Part shown: piece after piece, positions 49,820 through 60,864 of the stretch
How positions within the stretch are numbered: position 1 is the stretch's first letter
Layout of the letters: each line of letters begins with the position of its first letter
Source of the DNA: Opitutaceae bacterium
GTDB taxonomy: Bacteria; Verrucomicrobiota; Verrucomicrobiia; Opitutales; Opitutaceae
DNA: 64,000 bases
Reading direction: 5' to 3'
NCBI GenBank assembly: GCA_036824825.1
Contig: DAISZL010000003.1
Coordinates: 14,626 to 78,625 of the forward strand
Made by a program: the position numbers and the translations under genes
The notes under the pieces: generated by a model
Told to the model about the DNA's origin: nothing
The model's database searches: none
The model's input: only the letters and a program-made list of their open reading frames with translations

Positions 49820-51060
49820 TGTGCAGTCCCCCGGATAATATCACCTGGCTCTAAACGAGCAGCTCTACGTGAAGGAACGAGACTAGCAATCATCACCATC
49901 ACAACAGAAATAAGAACGGCCTCGATGTAGTAACTAATAGACCACGAAACAATGAAGGTATTGGATTTGAAGAGTGTACTAATTTGAAGAGGTACGCGAG
50001 ATACCGCATACGTTCCAACAGCACCTAAAATACATCCTCCAACGGATCCTAGTGCTAACACGATACCAGCCTGCCACAAAAAGATTTGGGAAATGTCTTC
50101 ACGGGTATAACCCATAGAGCGCAAAATCGCGATGTCCTTTGTTTTTTCAAGTACGATCATTGCAAGCGTATTAAACATAGCGAGTGCAGCGATGAGGGTA
50201 AACACCGTGACAGTTATACCTGTGGAGATAGAGAGTGCTCTAAAAACACCGAGCCACTCTTTTTGTCTATCCTGCCAACCTCTCACACGGTGATCTAAAA
50301 CATCTTCCATCCAAACGGAATCGGCCTGTGCCCTATTTGCGTCCGCTAAACTTAATTGAAGATATGATGCGCCTGTTGGCTTTTTAAGGAGAGAGCGAGC
50401 CTGCTCCATCTTTAAGAAAAGACGTACCTTATCAATATCCTCAATCCCCGTTTCATAAATGGCACTAAGTCTAAAACTGCGCGTTTGTCCGAGTACTTCG
50501 AGCTGAAATACATCCCCGACATCTAAGTGTAATCTATCTGCCATGACTCGGCCAATTAAGGCACCATCCGGAGCAGTTCTAAATTGATCGAGAGAACCTT
50601 GTACAATCTGAGAACCTAGATCTGTTACTCGCAAATGATCATCAATATTAACACCGAAAACTTGTACGATATCATCCTTAAACGAACTGCGTATCGTGAC
50701 ATAAGAGCCATGCAAGACTTCCGATACAGCCGTAACATTAGGGAACGTCATAACCGTACGCTTTAACTGTTCTGGGTAGTCAATTCCTTCTAAATACCGG
50801 CGATATTGCACCTGAATTTCAAACGGAGATCCGTATCCTCCTGCACTTAAACTTTGAATCGTAGCTTGTCTTCTATCTTCAACACGGGCAGCGCCGTCTG
50901 AACCAAGCACGGCTTTAATAAAAAAACTTTCAAAGCCACGCGTAGCTGACTGAGTAATTACGAATAATCCTACGCCTAAAATAATACAGGCAAGGCTCAT
51001 TACCATCGAGCGCTTCTTTGCTGTAAGAAAACGTAGGGCTATGCGAAAATTAGGAGACAT
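49816..51060 (-). CDS. ABC transporter permease, FtsX/MacB-periplasmic-domain family (LolC/E- or DevC-like)
   Basis: 414 aa with the N-terminal FRIALRFLTAKKRS, TM1, a periplasmic domain of about 230 aa, then three TM segments (FtsX fold). Confidence 0.85.
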   Translation of the reverse strand: MSPNFRIALRFLTAKKRSMVMSLACIILGVGLFVITQSATRGFESFFIKAVLGSDGAARVEDRRQATIQSLSAGGYGSPFEIQVQYRRYLEGIDYPEQLKRTVMTFPNVTAVSEVLHGSYVTIRSSFKDDIVQVFGVNIDDHLRVTDLGSQIVQGSLDQFRTAPDGALIGRVMADRLHLDVGDVFQLEVLGQTRSFRLSAIYETGIEDIDKVRLFLKMEQARSLLKKPTGASYLQLSLADANRAQADSVWMEDVLDHRVRGWQDRQKEWLGVFRALSISTGITVTVFTLIAALAMFNTLAMIVLEKTKDIAILRSMGYTREDISQIFLWQAGIVLALGSVGGCILGAVGTYAVSRVPLQISTLFKSNTFIVSWSISYYIEAVLISVVMVMIASLVPSRRAARLEPGDIIRGTAQ

Positions 51061-51084
51061 GAATTAAGGCGTACTTAGTCATTA

Positions 51085-52254
51085 TTACTTCCGCTCTTTC
51101 AATGCATCGGAAGGCATTACCTTAACAACCACTTTATCACCGTCATGAAACTTTTCGAGTTCATCCACTATAACTGTTTCACCCGCTTCTAGTCCTTCAG
51201 TTATTTCTGCGCCAGATGCCCATACGAATCCACGCTTAACACGTCGCTCTTCAATGGTTCCATTTTTTACTACCCACACCGAGTCACCATTATGACTAAA
51301 TAAAGCACGGCGAGGAACGATCGCTTTTGCTCTGTGACTATCAACCACTAAACTCATTTCACCATTGATTCCTGGTACAAGCGGTTGATTTTGATCGGTT
51401 TTAACTTCGAGGTAAACAATGTGACGCTGTGTTTCTGCATCAGCTGTAGGTAATATTTGTACAACCTTACCTGAAAATTCAAATCCGCCATAGGGAATAA
51501 AGGTAACTGTAGCTTCGTCTCCAACTTTTACTTTAGCGAAGTCTTGTTCACTGATCTTACCTTCAACAATTTTGTTTTTAGTAATTAAAGAAGCAATCGC
51601 TTCAGCAGAGGCAATTAAATCCCCTGGGTGTTTATATACCGTTGCAACCACGGCATCAAAAGGAGCTGTGATTGTCATTTTTTCTAAACGATTCTTAGCA
51701 AGTTTTAGCGCACTTTCAACACTCTCAATTTCGTGACGACTATCAATTTTCTTTAACTCCACTCTTTGCTGTAAGCTAAGGTAGCTACGTTCCTGTGCAG
51801 CTAAATCTGCAGCTGGGTAAGAGCCGAGTTTATTTAAACGGCGATAGTTCTCTAAATTAACATGAGCACTTTCGAGTTCTAGATCACCTGTATGATCCTT
51901 AGCATAACGATCCTTAGCAGCTTGTAAGTCGTTTGTCTGTTTTTCGATTTCTAAAAGTAACTCTTGCGGGTCAAGACGTGCTAATACGTCCCCTGTCTTA
52001 ACTTCTGCACCAGGTTTTAATTTAAAATCTGCTGCAGAAAGTCTACCACCCTCCCCACTTTTTAATTCCATACTGTATTCAGGAATAACAGTTAGATTAC
52101 CAGGACGAGCATCAACCGCATCTGCAGAAATAACTATTTCTGCGTAAGCAGTAGGACGCATATTGCGAACTATAAGGTAGGCACCAATACCTACAATAAT
52201 CAGAGCGATTAAAATCTTAACACCTAGTCCAGAATTACGGTTTGATGCGGGCAT
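51085..52254 (-). CDS. HlyD-family periplasmic adaptor (membrane fusion protein)
   Basis: 389 aa with an N-terminal anchor, a lipoyl-like motif (GDVLARLDP), a long coiled coil and a beta-barrel. Confidence 0.85.
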   Translation of the reverse strand: MPASNRNSGLGVKILIALIIVGIGAYLIVRNMRPTAYAEIVISADAVDARPGNLTVIPEYSMELKSGEGGRLSAADFKLKPGAEVKTGDVLARLDPQELLLEIEKQTNDLQAAKDRYAKDHTGDLELESAHVNLENYRRLNKLGSYPAADLAAQERSYLSLQQRVELKKIDSRHEIESVESALKLAKNRLEKMTITAPFDAVVATVYKHPGDLIASAEAIASLITKNKIVEGKISEQDFAKVKVGDEATVTFIPYGGFEFSGKVVQILPTADAETQRHIVYLEVKTDQNQPLVPGINGEMSLVVDSHRAKAIVPRRALFSHNGDSVWVVKNGTIEERRVKRGFVWASGAEITEGLEAGETVIVDELEKFHDGDKVVVKVMPSDALKERK

Positions 52255-53644
52255 AGCTTGCAGGGATTAATTTTAGAGCAGGATCGGCATAGACAAACGA
52301 AAGATAATCACACCAGGTGTTATAAAAATCACCACGCATGCTGTAAGCTGTGGCTTGCATGTTATAAAATCCAGATTTTTGAGAAGTAGCTGTGTCCTCA
52401 GAAATATTACCGATCTTTAATTCGTCAGACATTTGTTCGTAAGCACCTTTTACGATTGCATAGCGCCTTTCATTGATTGCTAAAGCTCTCCATGCAAAAC
52501 TAACACCACGTTCTTTATTTTGAGCTAAGCTAAGAATTTCATCTGTCTTCTTAGCCAAAGCCATTTCACTTTGGCGTTCACGTAGTAACGCTTCACGTTT
52601 TCTATTACGTGTAGAAAAGCCATCAAAGATATTCCAACCTACTCCGATAGAATACTGCTCCTGTAAGACAAAGGACTGGCTAATTGAATTACCTGCTACT
52701 GTAACAATGTTATTCTGATTTAAACCTGCTGATAATCCTACCATCGGTAGCTGTGCTACACGGTAGATTTTATAATTCAACTTTGCCTGCTCTACTCCTA
52801 GCGAAGCAATTTGAATATCTAAATTGGAAGCAGCATGTTCAGAAAGGAGTCCACTGAGTAATTGTTTTGCAGCATTCGCTGAATAACTTGGCAGTGGAAT
52901 TTCTATAGGAATAGATTCATCTGTAATTTCATCAACCCCGACTAAACGTGCAAGGGCATGTCGTGAAAAGTCATAGGATAAACGCTCGCGGTCTGCATTT
53001 AAACTTCCGGCTTCATACTCAATTTCTGGTCCCGCAATTTCATTAGAAGAAATAAGCCCCTTACTTAACTTATCTTGAGCAAGGGTAAGTGCTTTTTTAC
53101 GAATATCTAAATCGAGTAATATATTACGCATCCTTACTTTTTCCTCAATCAGTCCTAAGTACTGACTACGGACGGTACCAATGAAACCTAGGTACCCTTG
53201 AATGTACTGCTTACGAGCAATGAGTGCAGAAATATTCTGAATTTGTAATTGGTTTTTTAAAGCGCCCCAGTGAAACAGTGGCTGACTAACCGATACGCCG
53301 TAAGAGGTACCAACAGCAGCACCAGCAGCGAGGGAATTCAAACCAACACCTGATCGGGTTACACCATAATTGCCACCCGCACTGGCACTTGGAAGCATCG
53401 GAGAAATACCCGTGTACATGCGCTGAGCATCCGCAACAGCAATATCGAGCTGACGAGAAATCATTTCTGGCGACTGCTGCAGTCCATGTGCAATAAGAGC
53501 CTTCAGCTGAGGAATTGAATCTTCTGGCACCGTACCAGTGATGCCCACTTCCTGAGCATAACTTAAACTAGCTGCAGCAATGCTAAGAGCTAAACCAGCT
53601 CTCAATAATCCCATGCAAACTGCCGTACGTACACGTAAAGTCAT
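52235..53644 (-). CDS. TolC-like outer membrane efflux protein
   Basis: 469 aa with a signal peptide and two OEP repeats. Its stop overlaps the adaptor start by 20 nt. Confidence 0.8.
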   Translation of the reverse strand: MTLRVRTAVCMGLLRAGLALSIAAASLSYAQEVGITGTVPEDSIPQLKALIAHGLQQSPEMISRQLDIAVADAQRMYTGISPMLPSASAGGNYGVTRSGVGLNSLAAGAAVGTSYGVSVSQPLFHWGALKNQLQIQNISALIARKQYIQGYLGFIGTVRSQYLGLIEEKVRMRNILLDLDIRKKALTLAQDKLSKGLISSNEIAGPEIEYEAGSLNADRERLSYDFSRHALARLVGVDEITDESIPIEIPLPSYSANAAKQLLSGLLSEHAASNLDIQIASLGVEQAKLNYKIYRVAQLPMVGLSAGLNQNNIVTVAGNSISQSFVLQEQYSIGVGWNIFDGFSTRNRKREALLRERQSEMALAKKTDEILSLAQNKERGVSFAWRALAINERRYAIVKGAYEQMSDELKIGNISEDTATSQKSGFYNMQATAYSMRGDFYNTWCDYLSFVYADPALKLIPASYARIKP

Positions 53645-53732
53645 CGTCCCAATAGAATAAAAAGTTAACTCCTAGATCGCTCGATTTTAGCCTTTAAGGC
53701 AATATATAAATAAAGCGCTAACTCTAGGATTC

Positions 53733-54608
53733 TTATAGCTTTAAGACAGATTTAATAGAGCTAAAGAACAGATCTTTTTGTTTATCTTTATGTGAAGAGC
53801 ACTGCTTAAGACTTAAGATAAATTCGTTTAAGCCAGATCCCTCAGCCGTAGTTGGATACAACCGAAGTGGATAATCAGAACCAAACACTAAACGGTCGCT
53901 TATCTGCAACAAATCCGACCACGTCCTATCTTTATATAAAAGCGGTAATGCTGCGGTATCGAAATACACATGCTTATTCTCAAGAACAGCTGGAAACTTT
54001 ATAGGGAGTAAACCACCCAAGTGAGCGAGTATAAACGTTGTGTTTGGAAATGCTTTAATCAGGTCAACAAACGCTTCTAGAGGCGTTTCTACATATCCTG
54101 GGTAGCGTTTACTCTCAGGATCACTTACATGAAGATTAAGTGGTAAATGATATTCCGTAGCACCCTCGACTAAATCAATAAACCGAGAATCCTTAAGCGT
54201 AAGCCCCTGTGATTGAGGTGACAATTCACCCAAGCCACAAAAGCCGTCCTCTTTTAGCTGCTTAATACAGTCCTTTAGATTCTTACTTGATGGATGAATA
54301 CTTGCAAAAGCACTCAAACGGTCCGGGTACACTTTGATACATTGTTTGTAAAAAGCGTTTTGACTATCGCAGGAACTTTGCGTCTCCCAGTACCACCCAA
54401 GGAGCACACTGCGCTCAACCCCTGCTTCATCCATACTCTTGAGTAGATCACTCACCGAGGGAAATAGCTGCACCATGCTGCCATCTTTTCTTTTTCTCGT
54501 GCACAAAACTTCCCAATGATTCTCACCGTTTAAACGCGCCCACCCCGAAGGATCCTGATTGATTTCAGGAGGATACAAATGAACGTGCGAATCAATGATT
54601 GAGTGCAT
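53733..54608 (-). CDS. amidohydrolase-2 family metal-dependent hydrolase (TIM barrel)
   Basis: 291 aa with the N-terminal IDSHVHLY metal site, and later HLG and GSDYP motifs. Confidence 0.7.
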   Translation of the reverse strand: MHSIIDSHVHLYPPEINQDPSGWARLNGENHWEVLCTRKRKDGSMVQLFPSVSDLLKSMDEAGVERSVLLGWYWETQSSCDSQNAFYKQCIKVYPDRLSAFASIHPSSKNLKDCIKQLKEDGFCGLGELSPQSQGLTLKDSRFIDLVEGATEYHLPLNLHVSDPESKRYPGYVETPLEAFVDLIKAFPNTTFILAHLGGLLPIKFPAVLENKHVYFDTAALPLLYKDRTWSDLLQISDRLVFGSDYPLRLYPTTAEGSGLNEFILSLKQCSSHKDKQKDLFFSSIKSVLKL

Positions 54609-54644
54609 ACTTTTTAGAGCAAGTCACTCACAGTAAAACTAAGT

Positions 54645-55724
54645 TCAATTAACAGCTGGATAGCTTCCAAGCCATTTAACGACCGGACAGAATTTGCGAA
54701 GATCAGCGATCGCTTCTTTCATCTTTGGATCATCGAAGTGGCCACTCACATCCAAGAAGAAGTTATATTCCCAAGGACGTTTCTTACTTGGACGTGATTC
54801 TATCTTGGAAAGATTAATGCCGCGTTCAGCAAGTGGCATTAACATTTTAAGTAGAGCCCCAGAATGCGACGCAGCCTCTTCTCCTAAGGAAACAAGATAG
54901 CTACTGACATCGTTACCACCACCAACTGGTCCAGCTGGTTTACGTGCTAGGATAAAAAACCGCGTTGTATTATCTGCCTTATCTTGAATGTTACGTGTGA
55001 TAACAGGCACACCGTAATGAGCAGCTGCTAATTCTCCAGCAACTGCAGCAGCTGTTGGATCCTCTTTCGCTATTTGAACAGCACGCGATGTACTTGGTGC
55101 GTCAATAATTTGTGCGTGAGGCAAATGTCTTTGTAGCCAATGACGACACTGCGCTAGAGCCTGATCCTTCGAATATACACGCTTAATATTATCGAGTGAC
55201 GACTGACTAATTAAAGCATGAGAAATCTCCATGTAGAGTTGCCCAACAATCTTTAAGTCACTTTCAACAAAGCTATCGAGTGCTTCTCTCACACTGCCTT
55301 CTGTAGAATTTTCGATAGGAATTACTGCAACGTCTGCTTCTCCTTTTTCTACAGCAGTAAAGATATCACTGATAGTCGCCATTGCATGATAGTCCACACT
55401 TGCTCCGAATTTCTTTATCGCAGCTGCATGGGTATTACTTGCTTCAGGTCCTAGGTATGCGACTAAAAGAGCTTTTTCTAACGCAATCGCGGCTGACATG
55501 ATTTCGCGGTAGATCGCTCTTAAAGCGTCATCCTTGATCGGTCCTTTATTCTGACCTGTTACTTTTCTAAAAACAGCATCCTCTCTTTCAGGAACATAAA
55601 TTTCTCCACCCGACTCCCGTTTGATGCGTCCAATTTCTGCAGCCAAGGTCAGGCGCTTATTAATAATGTCCACTAACTGCGCATCATGTATATCGATCTG
55701 CTTTCTTAAAGAATCGAGGTCCAT
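54645..55724 (-). CDS. pheA: bifunctional chorismate mutase / prephenate dehydratase
   Basis: Start set at MDLDSLRKQIDIHDAQLV (ATG at 55724), because the 22-aa ORF-track extension overlaps scpB. It has a CM_2 domain, PDT (TRFFIL) and a C-terminal ACT (ESRPSK). Confidence 0.9.
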   Translation of the reverse strand: MDLDSLRKQIDIHDAQLVDIINKRLTLAAEIGRIKRESGGEIYVPEREDAVFRKVTGQNKGPIKDDALRAIYREIMSAAIALEKALLVAYLGPEASNTHAAAIKKFGASVDYHAMATISDIFTAVEKGEADVAVIPIENSTEGSVREALDSFVESDLKIVGQLYMEISHALISQSSLDNIKRVYSKDQALAQCRHWLQRHLPHAQIIDAPSTSRAVQIAKEDPTAAAVAGELAAAHYGVPVITRNIQDKADNTTRFFILARKPAGPVGGGNDVSSYLVSLGEEAASHSGALLKMLMPLAERGINLSKIESRPSKKRPWEYNFFLDVSGHFDDPKMKEAIADLRKFCPVVKWLGSYPAVN

Positions 55725-55728
55725 AGTA

Positions 55729-56532
55729 TTATTCAGATTTAGGTGCAGCAGCTTGATCAAGCGATAATTGTTCCACAGGAAGACCGACATCCTTATCGGT
55801 TAGTTTCTGAGTTTGAGAATTTGTGACTAGCCACTGGTCAATTTGCCTAGAGCTTAAAACGTCAGAGGCAGGAAGTTCGTCCAAGGATTTAATACCGATA
55901 TATTCAAGAAACGCATCGGTTGTCCCATATTGAATAGGTCTTCCCGGTTGATCTGCTCTTCCCGTAATCGTGATTAATTCACGCTCCATCAGCTTATTAA
56001 TACCCGCTTCAGCAGAGACACCGCGGATCGTTTCGATTTCTTGGCGAGTGACGGGCTGTCTGTAAGCTACGACTGCCAAGGTTTCGATTGAGGATGGGCT
56101 TAGTTTTACGGGAGGTGGTTCTTGGCGAAGTGCTCTAATCCAACGACCAAAACGAGGATGAGTGACTAAGCGGTAACCAGAGGAGCCTTCAATCAGAAGT
56201 AGCCCATCGTCTTGAGCTTTAAGTTCAGCCGAAATCGCATCCATAGCCTCTCTTATCTGAGAGCCTGTAATAAGAGATGGCACCTCTTGATATAATTCTG
56301 GGTCATCTAAAGGATCTGCTCCAAGGGGAGCCTCTGCAGTTTCCTCCGCAGGTGGCTGAGGTTCAGCAGCGGGTTGAGCTTCTGCACTAGCAGCCTGCTC
56401 CACCAAGTCAGGTGTCGCTTTAGCGAGACGTTCATGGAAGCGCGTAAAGGTATCCTGAATATCTTTAATAGAAAGAGGCTGACTCGTAGAGAGCAGTAAT
56501 GCCTTAAGAACTCGTTTTAAATTAAAAGCCAT
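55729..56532 (-). CDS. scpB: segregation and condensation protein B
   Basis: 267 aa with two winged-helix repeats (ETLAVVAYRQPVTRQEIETIRGV). It also has an acidic Pro/Ala-rich insert (AEAQPAAEPQPPAEETAEAP) and a C-terminal tail. Confidence 0.85.
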   Translation of the reverse strand: MAFNLKRVLKALLLSTSQPLSIKDIQDTFTRFHERLAKATPDLVEQAASAEAQPAAEPQPPAEETAEAPLGADPLDDPELYQEVPSLITGSQIREAMDAISAELKAQDDGLLLIEGSSGYRLVTHPRFGRWIRALRQEPPPVKLSPSSIETLAVVAYRQPVTRQEIETIRGVSAEAGINKLMERELITITGRADQPGRPIQYGTTDAFLEYIGIKSLDELPASDVLSSRQIDQWLVTNSQTQKLTDKDVGLPVEQLSLDQAAAPKSE

Positions 56533-56650
56533 GGGTTAATATTAAGGCCGGTATTAGCGGCTATACTAGGTTCTAGCGTAAAAGCTATGAAGCAACCAAG
56601 AAAATCTTGGACACCCCCACTTAGTTTTGGTCATAATAGGCCCCTTAACC

Positions 56651-58351
56651 ATGAAAGACACCCAGGATTCGATGCGTAGCTTCTCTTCAATTGTGGTAGA
56701 TGGCCCCGATAGGGCTCCAAACCGCTCTATGCTTAGAGCCGTAGGCTTTACCGATAAGGACTTTAAAAAGCCTATCGTAGGCATTGCCTCTACCTGGAGC
56801 ATGGTCACGCCATGTAACATGCACATCGACGAATTAGCCAGAGAAGCGGGTGCAGGAACAGACGCTGCAGGCGGAAAATCGATCATTTTCGGGACAATTA
56901 CGGTATCAGACGGTATCAGTATGGGTACCCCTGGTATGCGCTACTCACTTGTTTCCCGTGAAGTCATTGCAGACTCCATTGAGACCGTAGCTGGCGCAGA
57001 AGGCTTTGACGCTGTGGTAGCGATTGGTGGCTGTGATAAAAACATGCCTGCCTGCGTTATGGCGCTCGCTCGTTTAAATCGCCCAGGCGTATTCGTCTAC
57101 GGCGGTACGATTCTTCCTGGCATTCATCCTGGCACCGGTCACGAATGCGATATCGTTTCGGTATTCGAAGCAGTCGGTAAACACGCAAACGGTGCATTAG
57201 ATGATAAAGGCTTAAAAACAGTAGAATCTTGCTCTATTCCAGGACCAGGTTCCTGCGGTGGTATGTACACGGCTAACACCATGGCATCCGCTATTGAAGC
57301 ACTCGGTATGTCTTTACCGCATAGCTCAGGACAAATTGCTATCAGTAAAGAAAAGAAGGAAGACTGCCGTAAAGCAGGTGCAGCTGCCCTAGCCTTACTT
57401 AAGGCGGGTATCACACCTAAAGACATCATGACTCGTAAAGCATTTGAAAATGCAATTACGGTATCAATCGCTTTAGGTGGTTCCACAAACGCGGTGCTTC
57501 ACTTACTCGCTATGGCGCATACGATTGGCGTAAAGCTAAGTATCGATGACTTTGAGCGTATCGGCAGAAAAGTTCCTGTCTTAGGCGACTTAAAGCCATC
57601 TGGAAAATACGGCGTATCTCACCTATGCCGCATCGGTGGTATTCAGCCGCTCATGAAAATGCTATTAGATGAAGGCTTACTACACGGCGATTGCATGACA
57701 GTAACTGGCAAGACAATTGCAGAAAATCTAAAAGAGGTAAAACCGTATCCAAAAGACCAAGACGTAATTAGACCTTTCTCAAACCCAGTTAAGAAAGACA
57801 GTCACTTACGTATTCTTTATGGTAATCTTGCTAAAGAAGGCGCTGTTGCAAAAATCTCCGGTAAAGAAGGCCTCATGTTCAGCGGCAAAGCAATTGTGTT
57901 CGAATCCGAAGAGAACGCGCTTAAGGCAATTCTCGATGGACGTGTTAAAAAAGGCCATGTGATTGTTATTCGTAATGAAGGACCACGCGGTGGCCCTGGT
58001 ATGCGTGAAATGCTATCTCCTACGAGCGCAGTCATGGGTAAAGGCTTAGGTAAAGATGTAGCCCTTATTACTGACGGACGTTTCTCTGGTGGTAGCCATG
58101 GTTTCGTCGTTGGCCACATTACACCTGAAGCAGCAACGGGTGGACTCATTGGTGTCGTGAAAAATGGAGACCCGATAACAATCGATGCTGTTAAAAACAA
58201 AATCACGTTAGACCTTCCTCAATCTGAAATTTCCAAACGCTTAAAAGCATGGAAACCAAAGAAGAAGACTGAAACACGTGGCGTACTTGCGAAGTACGCA
58301 AAATTAGTCACGAGCGCTTCACACGGTGCTGTAACAGACAAAGACCTTTAA
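56651..58351 (+). CDS. ilvD: dihydroxy-acid dehydratase
   Basis: Start set at [33 protein letters not shown] (ATG at 56651). The motifs CDKNMP and [14 protein letters not shown] are typical of IlvD. Confidence 0.94.
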   Translation: MKDTQDSMRSFSSIVVDGPDRAPNRSMLRAVGFTDKDFKKPIVGIASTWSMVTPCNMHIDELAREAGAGTDAAGGKSIIFGTITVSDGISMGTPGMRYSLVSREVIADSIETVAGAEGFDAVVAIGGCDKNMPACVMALARLNRPGVFVYGGTILPGIHPGTGHECDIVSVFEAVGKHANGALDDKGLKTVESCSIPGPGSCGGMYTANTMASAIEALGMSLPHSSGQIAISKEKKEDCRKAGAAALALLKAGITPKDIMTRKAFENAITVSIALGGSTNAVLHLLAMAHTIGVKLSIDDFERIGRKVPVLGDLKPSGKYGVSHLCRIGGIQPLMKMLLDEGLLHGDCMTVTGKTIAENLKEVKPYPKDQDVIRPFSNPVKKDSHLRILYGNLAKEGAVAKISGKEGLMFSGKAIVFESEENALKAILDGRVKKGHVIVIRNEGPRGGPGMREMLSPTSAVMGKGLGKDVALITDGRFSGGSHGFVVGHITPEAATGGLIGVVKNGDPITIDAVKNKITLDLPQSEISKRLKAWKPKKKTETRGVLAKYAKLVTSASHGAVTDKDL

Positions 58352-58365
58352 TAACGAGTGATCCT

Positions 58366-59931
58366 ATGAGTACCTGGAATCGGTTTAAAGCCAACTACTA
58401 CACCAATGCTAATCTAGGCGTTAGTTTAGATATAAGCCGGATACCGTTTCCAGATACCTTTCTAGCGAACATGGAGAGTGCCATGCAAAAAGCGTTCGTC
58501 GATATGGCAGCACTTGAAAAAGGTGCTATCGCCAATCCCGATGAAGCACGCATGGTAGGTCACTACTGGCTACGCACGCCAAATCTTGCAGCAACGCAGG
58601 GACTAGGCCTTGAAATCACAAAAACGCTCGATTCAATTACCGATTTCACAAGTCAGGTTCATCAAGGAACGATTCAGGGACCTAAAGGAAAATTCACCGA
58701 GGTACTTGTCATTGGTATTGGTGGTTCAGCGCTTGGTCCACAATTTGTTTCTCAGGCGCTTGGCCACGGATCAAAAGACAAGATGCGTGTACACTTCTTC
58801 GACAATACAGATCCTGATGGATTTGATAATGTCTTAGGTGCCCTAGCTCCTAAATTAGCGCAGACACTGGTTCTTGTTATTTCAAAATCAGGATCAACAC
58901 CTGAAACGCGTAATGGTCAGATCGAAGCGATCAGTGTCTTTAAAAAAGCAGGCCTTGATCACACGGCTCACTTTGTTGCTATCACGGGAGTAAATTCAAA
59001 ACTGGATCAAATAGCTTCTAAAGAAGGTTGGCTCGCTCGCTTCCCTATGTGGGACTGGGTTGGTGGACGTACCTCTGAATTCTCAGCAGTTGGACTTCTG
59101 CCTGCTGCCCTCCAAGGAATTGATATTAAGAGCATGCTCTCTGGTGCTTCTGCGATGGATGCTGAAACACGTAAACCTGTTACACAAAATAATCCCGCAG
59201 CTTTGATGGCACTGATGTGGTATTTTGCAACTGACGGAAAAGGCAGTAAGGACATGGTTGTATTACCTTACAAAGATCGTCTGCTTCTTTTCTCACGTTA
59301 CCTGCAACAGCTTGTCATGGAATCCTTAGGCAAGGAACTCGATTTAAAAGGTAATCTCGTTAATCAAGGCATCTCAGTTTACGGAAATAAAGGCTCTACC
59401 GATCAGCACGCTTACGTCCAACAACTACGCGAAGGTGTTAATAATTTCTTCATGACATTTATCGAAGTACTTAAAGACAGAGAAGGTACTTCACTCGAGG
59501 TAGAACCAGGTATTACTTCGGGTGATTTTCTACAGGGATTTTATCTAGGAACTCGCCAAGCCTTAAGTGAAAAAAATCGTTCATCTATTACTGTTACCTT
59601 AAATGAAGTTACTCCCTACTCCGTTGGAGCACTCATTGCCTTATATGAACGTGTTGTAGGCCTTTATGCTTCACTCATTGGCGTTAATGCTTACCACCAA
59701 CCTGGTGTTGAAGCTGGAAAGAAAGCAGCCACAGCTATTTTAGCACTTAAGCCCCAAATTTTAGGAGCCTTGAAGTCATTCGCAGGAAAACCTGTCACGA
59801 TCGAGACCCTAGCCTCCCATATTAATGCAGATCCAGAACTATGCTTTAAGATTGTGGAACGCTTACAGCTTAATGGGGTCGTTAAAAAGCAATCTCAGTC
59901 GCCGTGGTACAACTCTACTTATACCTTGTAA
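58366..59931 (+). CDS. pgi: glucose-6-phosphate isomerase
   Basis: 521 aa with [19 protein letters not shown] and the C-terminal [12 protein letters not shown] motif. Confidence 0.92.
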   Translation: MSTWNRFKANYYTNANLGVSLDISRIPFPDTFLANMESAMQKAFVDMAALEKGAIANPDEARMVGHYWLRTPNLAATQGLGLEITKTLDSITDFTSQVHQGTIQGPKGKFTEVLVIGIGGSALGPQFVSQALGHGSKDKMRVHFFDNTDPDGFDNVLGALAPKLAQTLVLVISKSGSTPETRNGQIEAISVFKKAGLDHTAHFVAITGVNSKLDQIASKEGWLARFPMWDWVGGRTSEFSAVGLLPAALQGIDIKSMLSGASAMDAETRKPVTQNNPAALMALMWYFATDGKGSKDMVVLPYKDRLLLFSRYLQQLVMESLGKELDLKGNLVNQGISVYGNKGSTDQHAYVQQLREGVNNFFMTFIEVLKDREGTSLEVEPGITSGDFLQGFYLGTRQALSEKNRSSITVTLNEVTPYSVGALIALYERVVGLYASLIGVNAYHQPGVEAGKKAATAILALKPQILGALKSFAGKPVTIETLASHINADPELCFKIVERLQLNGVVKKQSQSPWYNSTYTL

Positions 59932-59983
59932 GCTGACTTGCCACAGCCACGTAATTTCTTTACCTCTTTTATCTACTTAACTC

Positions 59984-60148
59984 ATGCAATCGATCAAGAC
60001 CCTCATACTCACCGCACTCCTTGTATCGATCGGCGCCCTCATCAGCGGCTGCTCGATTCAGACAGCCAAGGATTCCTCCATTCCATGGAACCGTCCTGCT
60101 GATTGGGAAGGTCAAATTCCAGGCATGGGTACAGGTAACAGCCATTGA
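59984..60148 (+). CDS. small lipoprotein (54 aa), not in the supplied ORF track
   Basis: My translation is MQSIKTLILTALLVSIGALISGCSIQTAKDSSIPWNRPADWEGQIPGMGTGNSH. It has a hydrophobic signal plus the lipobox ISGC. Its TGA stop (60146-60148) overlaps the TTG start of rsmI (60145). Confidence 0.5.
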   Translation: MQSIKTLILTALLVSIGALISGCSIQTAKDSSIPWNRPADWEGQIPGMGTGNSH

Positions 60149-60861
60149 TACGCGACAATCCTTCGCTTAAACCACTTGCGGGCCATCTTTATGTGGTCGC
60201 AACGCCGATTGGCAACTTAGCCGATCTGACTGAACGCGCTAAATCGATTTTAGAATCGGTTGATTTAATTGCGTGTGAAGATACTCGTACGACTGGTGGC
60301 TTACTCACCCATTTAGGAAAGCGCGCCGAACTCATTGCGTATCACGAACACAATGAGCTCGAAGCTGCTGAACGCATTGCCGATCTCTTAGTGAGCGGTA
60401 AATCTGTAGCTCTTGTAAGCGATGCTGGAACACCAGCTATAAGTGACCCTGGCTTTCGCCTAACCCGCGCCTGCCGTAAGCGTGGGATTCCCGTTGTGCC
60501 AGTACCAGGACCGGTTGCATTTGCTGCCGTACTCAGCGCAAGTGGTTTACCCAGTAACGGACTCTTATACGTTGGCTTTTTACCACCTAAGACCAGTGCG
60601 CGTGTGTTATTTTTTAAGAAACATAAAGAGTTTCCTTACACGATCGCTCTGTATGAAAGCTGTCACAGAATTAGCGCAGCTGTAGATGAAATTGTTCAAG
60701 AACTTGGCCCAACACGCGTCATCACAGTTGCAAAAGAAGTAACCAAACTACACGAAACGTTTTTAGTAGGAACAGCGCTTGAGGTACAAGCAAAGCTAGC
60801 AAAACTTACGATTAAAGGAGAATTTGTTCTACTTATCGCTCCAGAAGACTTTGTAATTTAA
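60145..60861 (+). CDS. rsmI: 16S rRNA (cytidine1402-2'-O)-methyltransferase
   Basis: 238 aa, tetrapyrrole-methylase fold, with LYVVATPIGNLADLTERA, IACEDTR and VSDAGTPAISDPG. TTG start. Confidence 0.9.
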   Translation: MIRDNPSLKPLAGHLYVVATPIGNLADLTERAKSILESVDLIACEDTRTTGGLLTHLGKRAELIAYHEHNELEAAERIADLLVSGKSVALVSDAGTPAISDPGFRLTRACRKRGIPVVPVPGPVAFAAVLSASGLPSNGLLYVGFLPPKTSARVLFFKKHKEFPYTIALYESCHRISAAVDEIVQELGPTRVITVAKEVTKLHETFLVGTALEVQAKLAKLTIKGEFVLLIAPEDFVI

Positions 60862-60864
60862 TTT

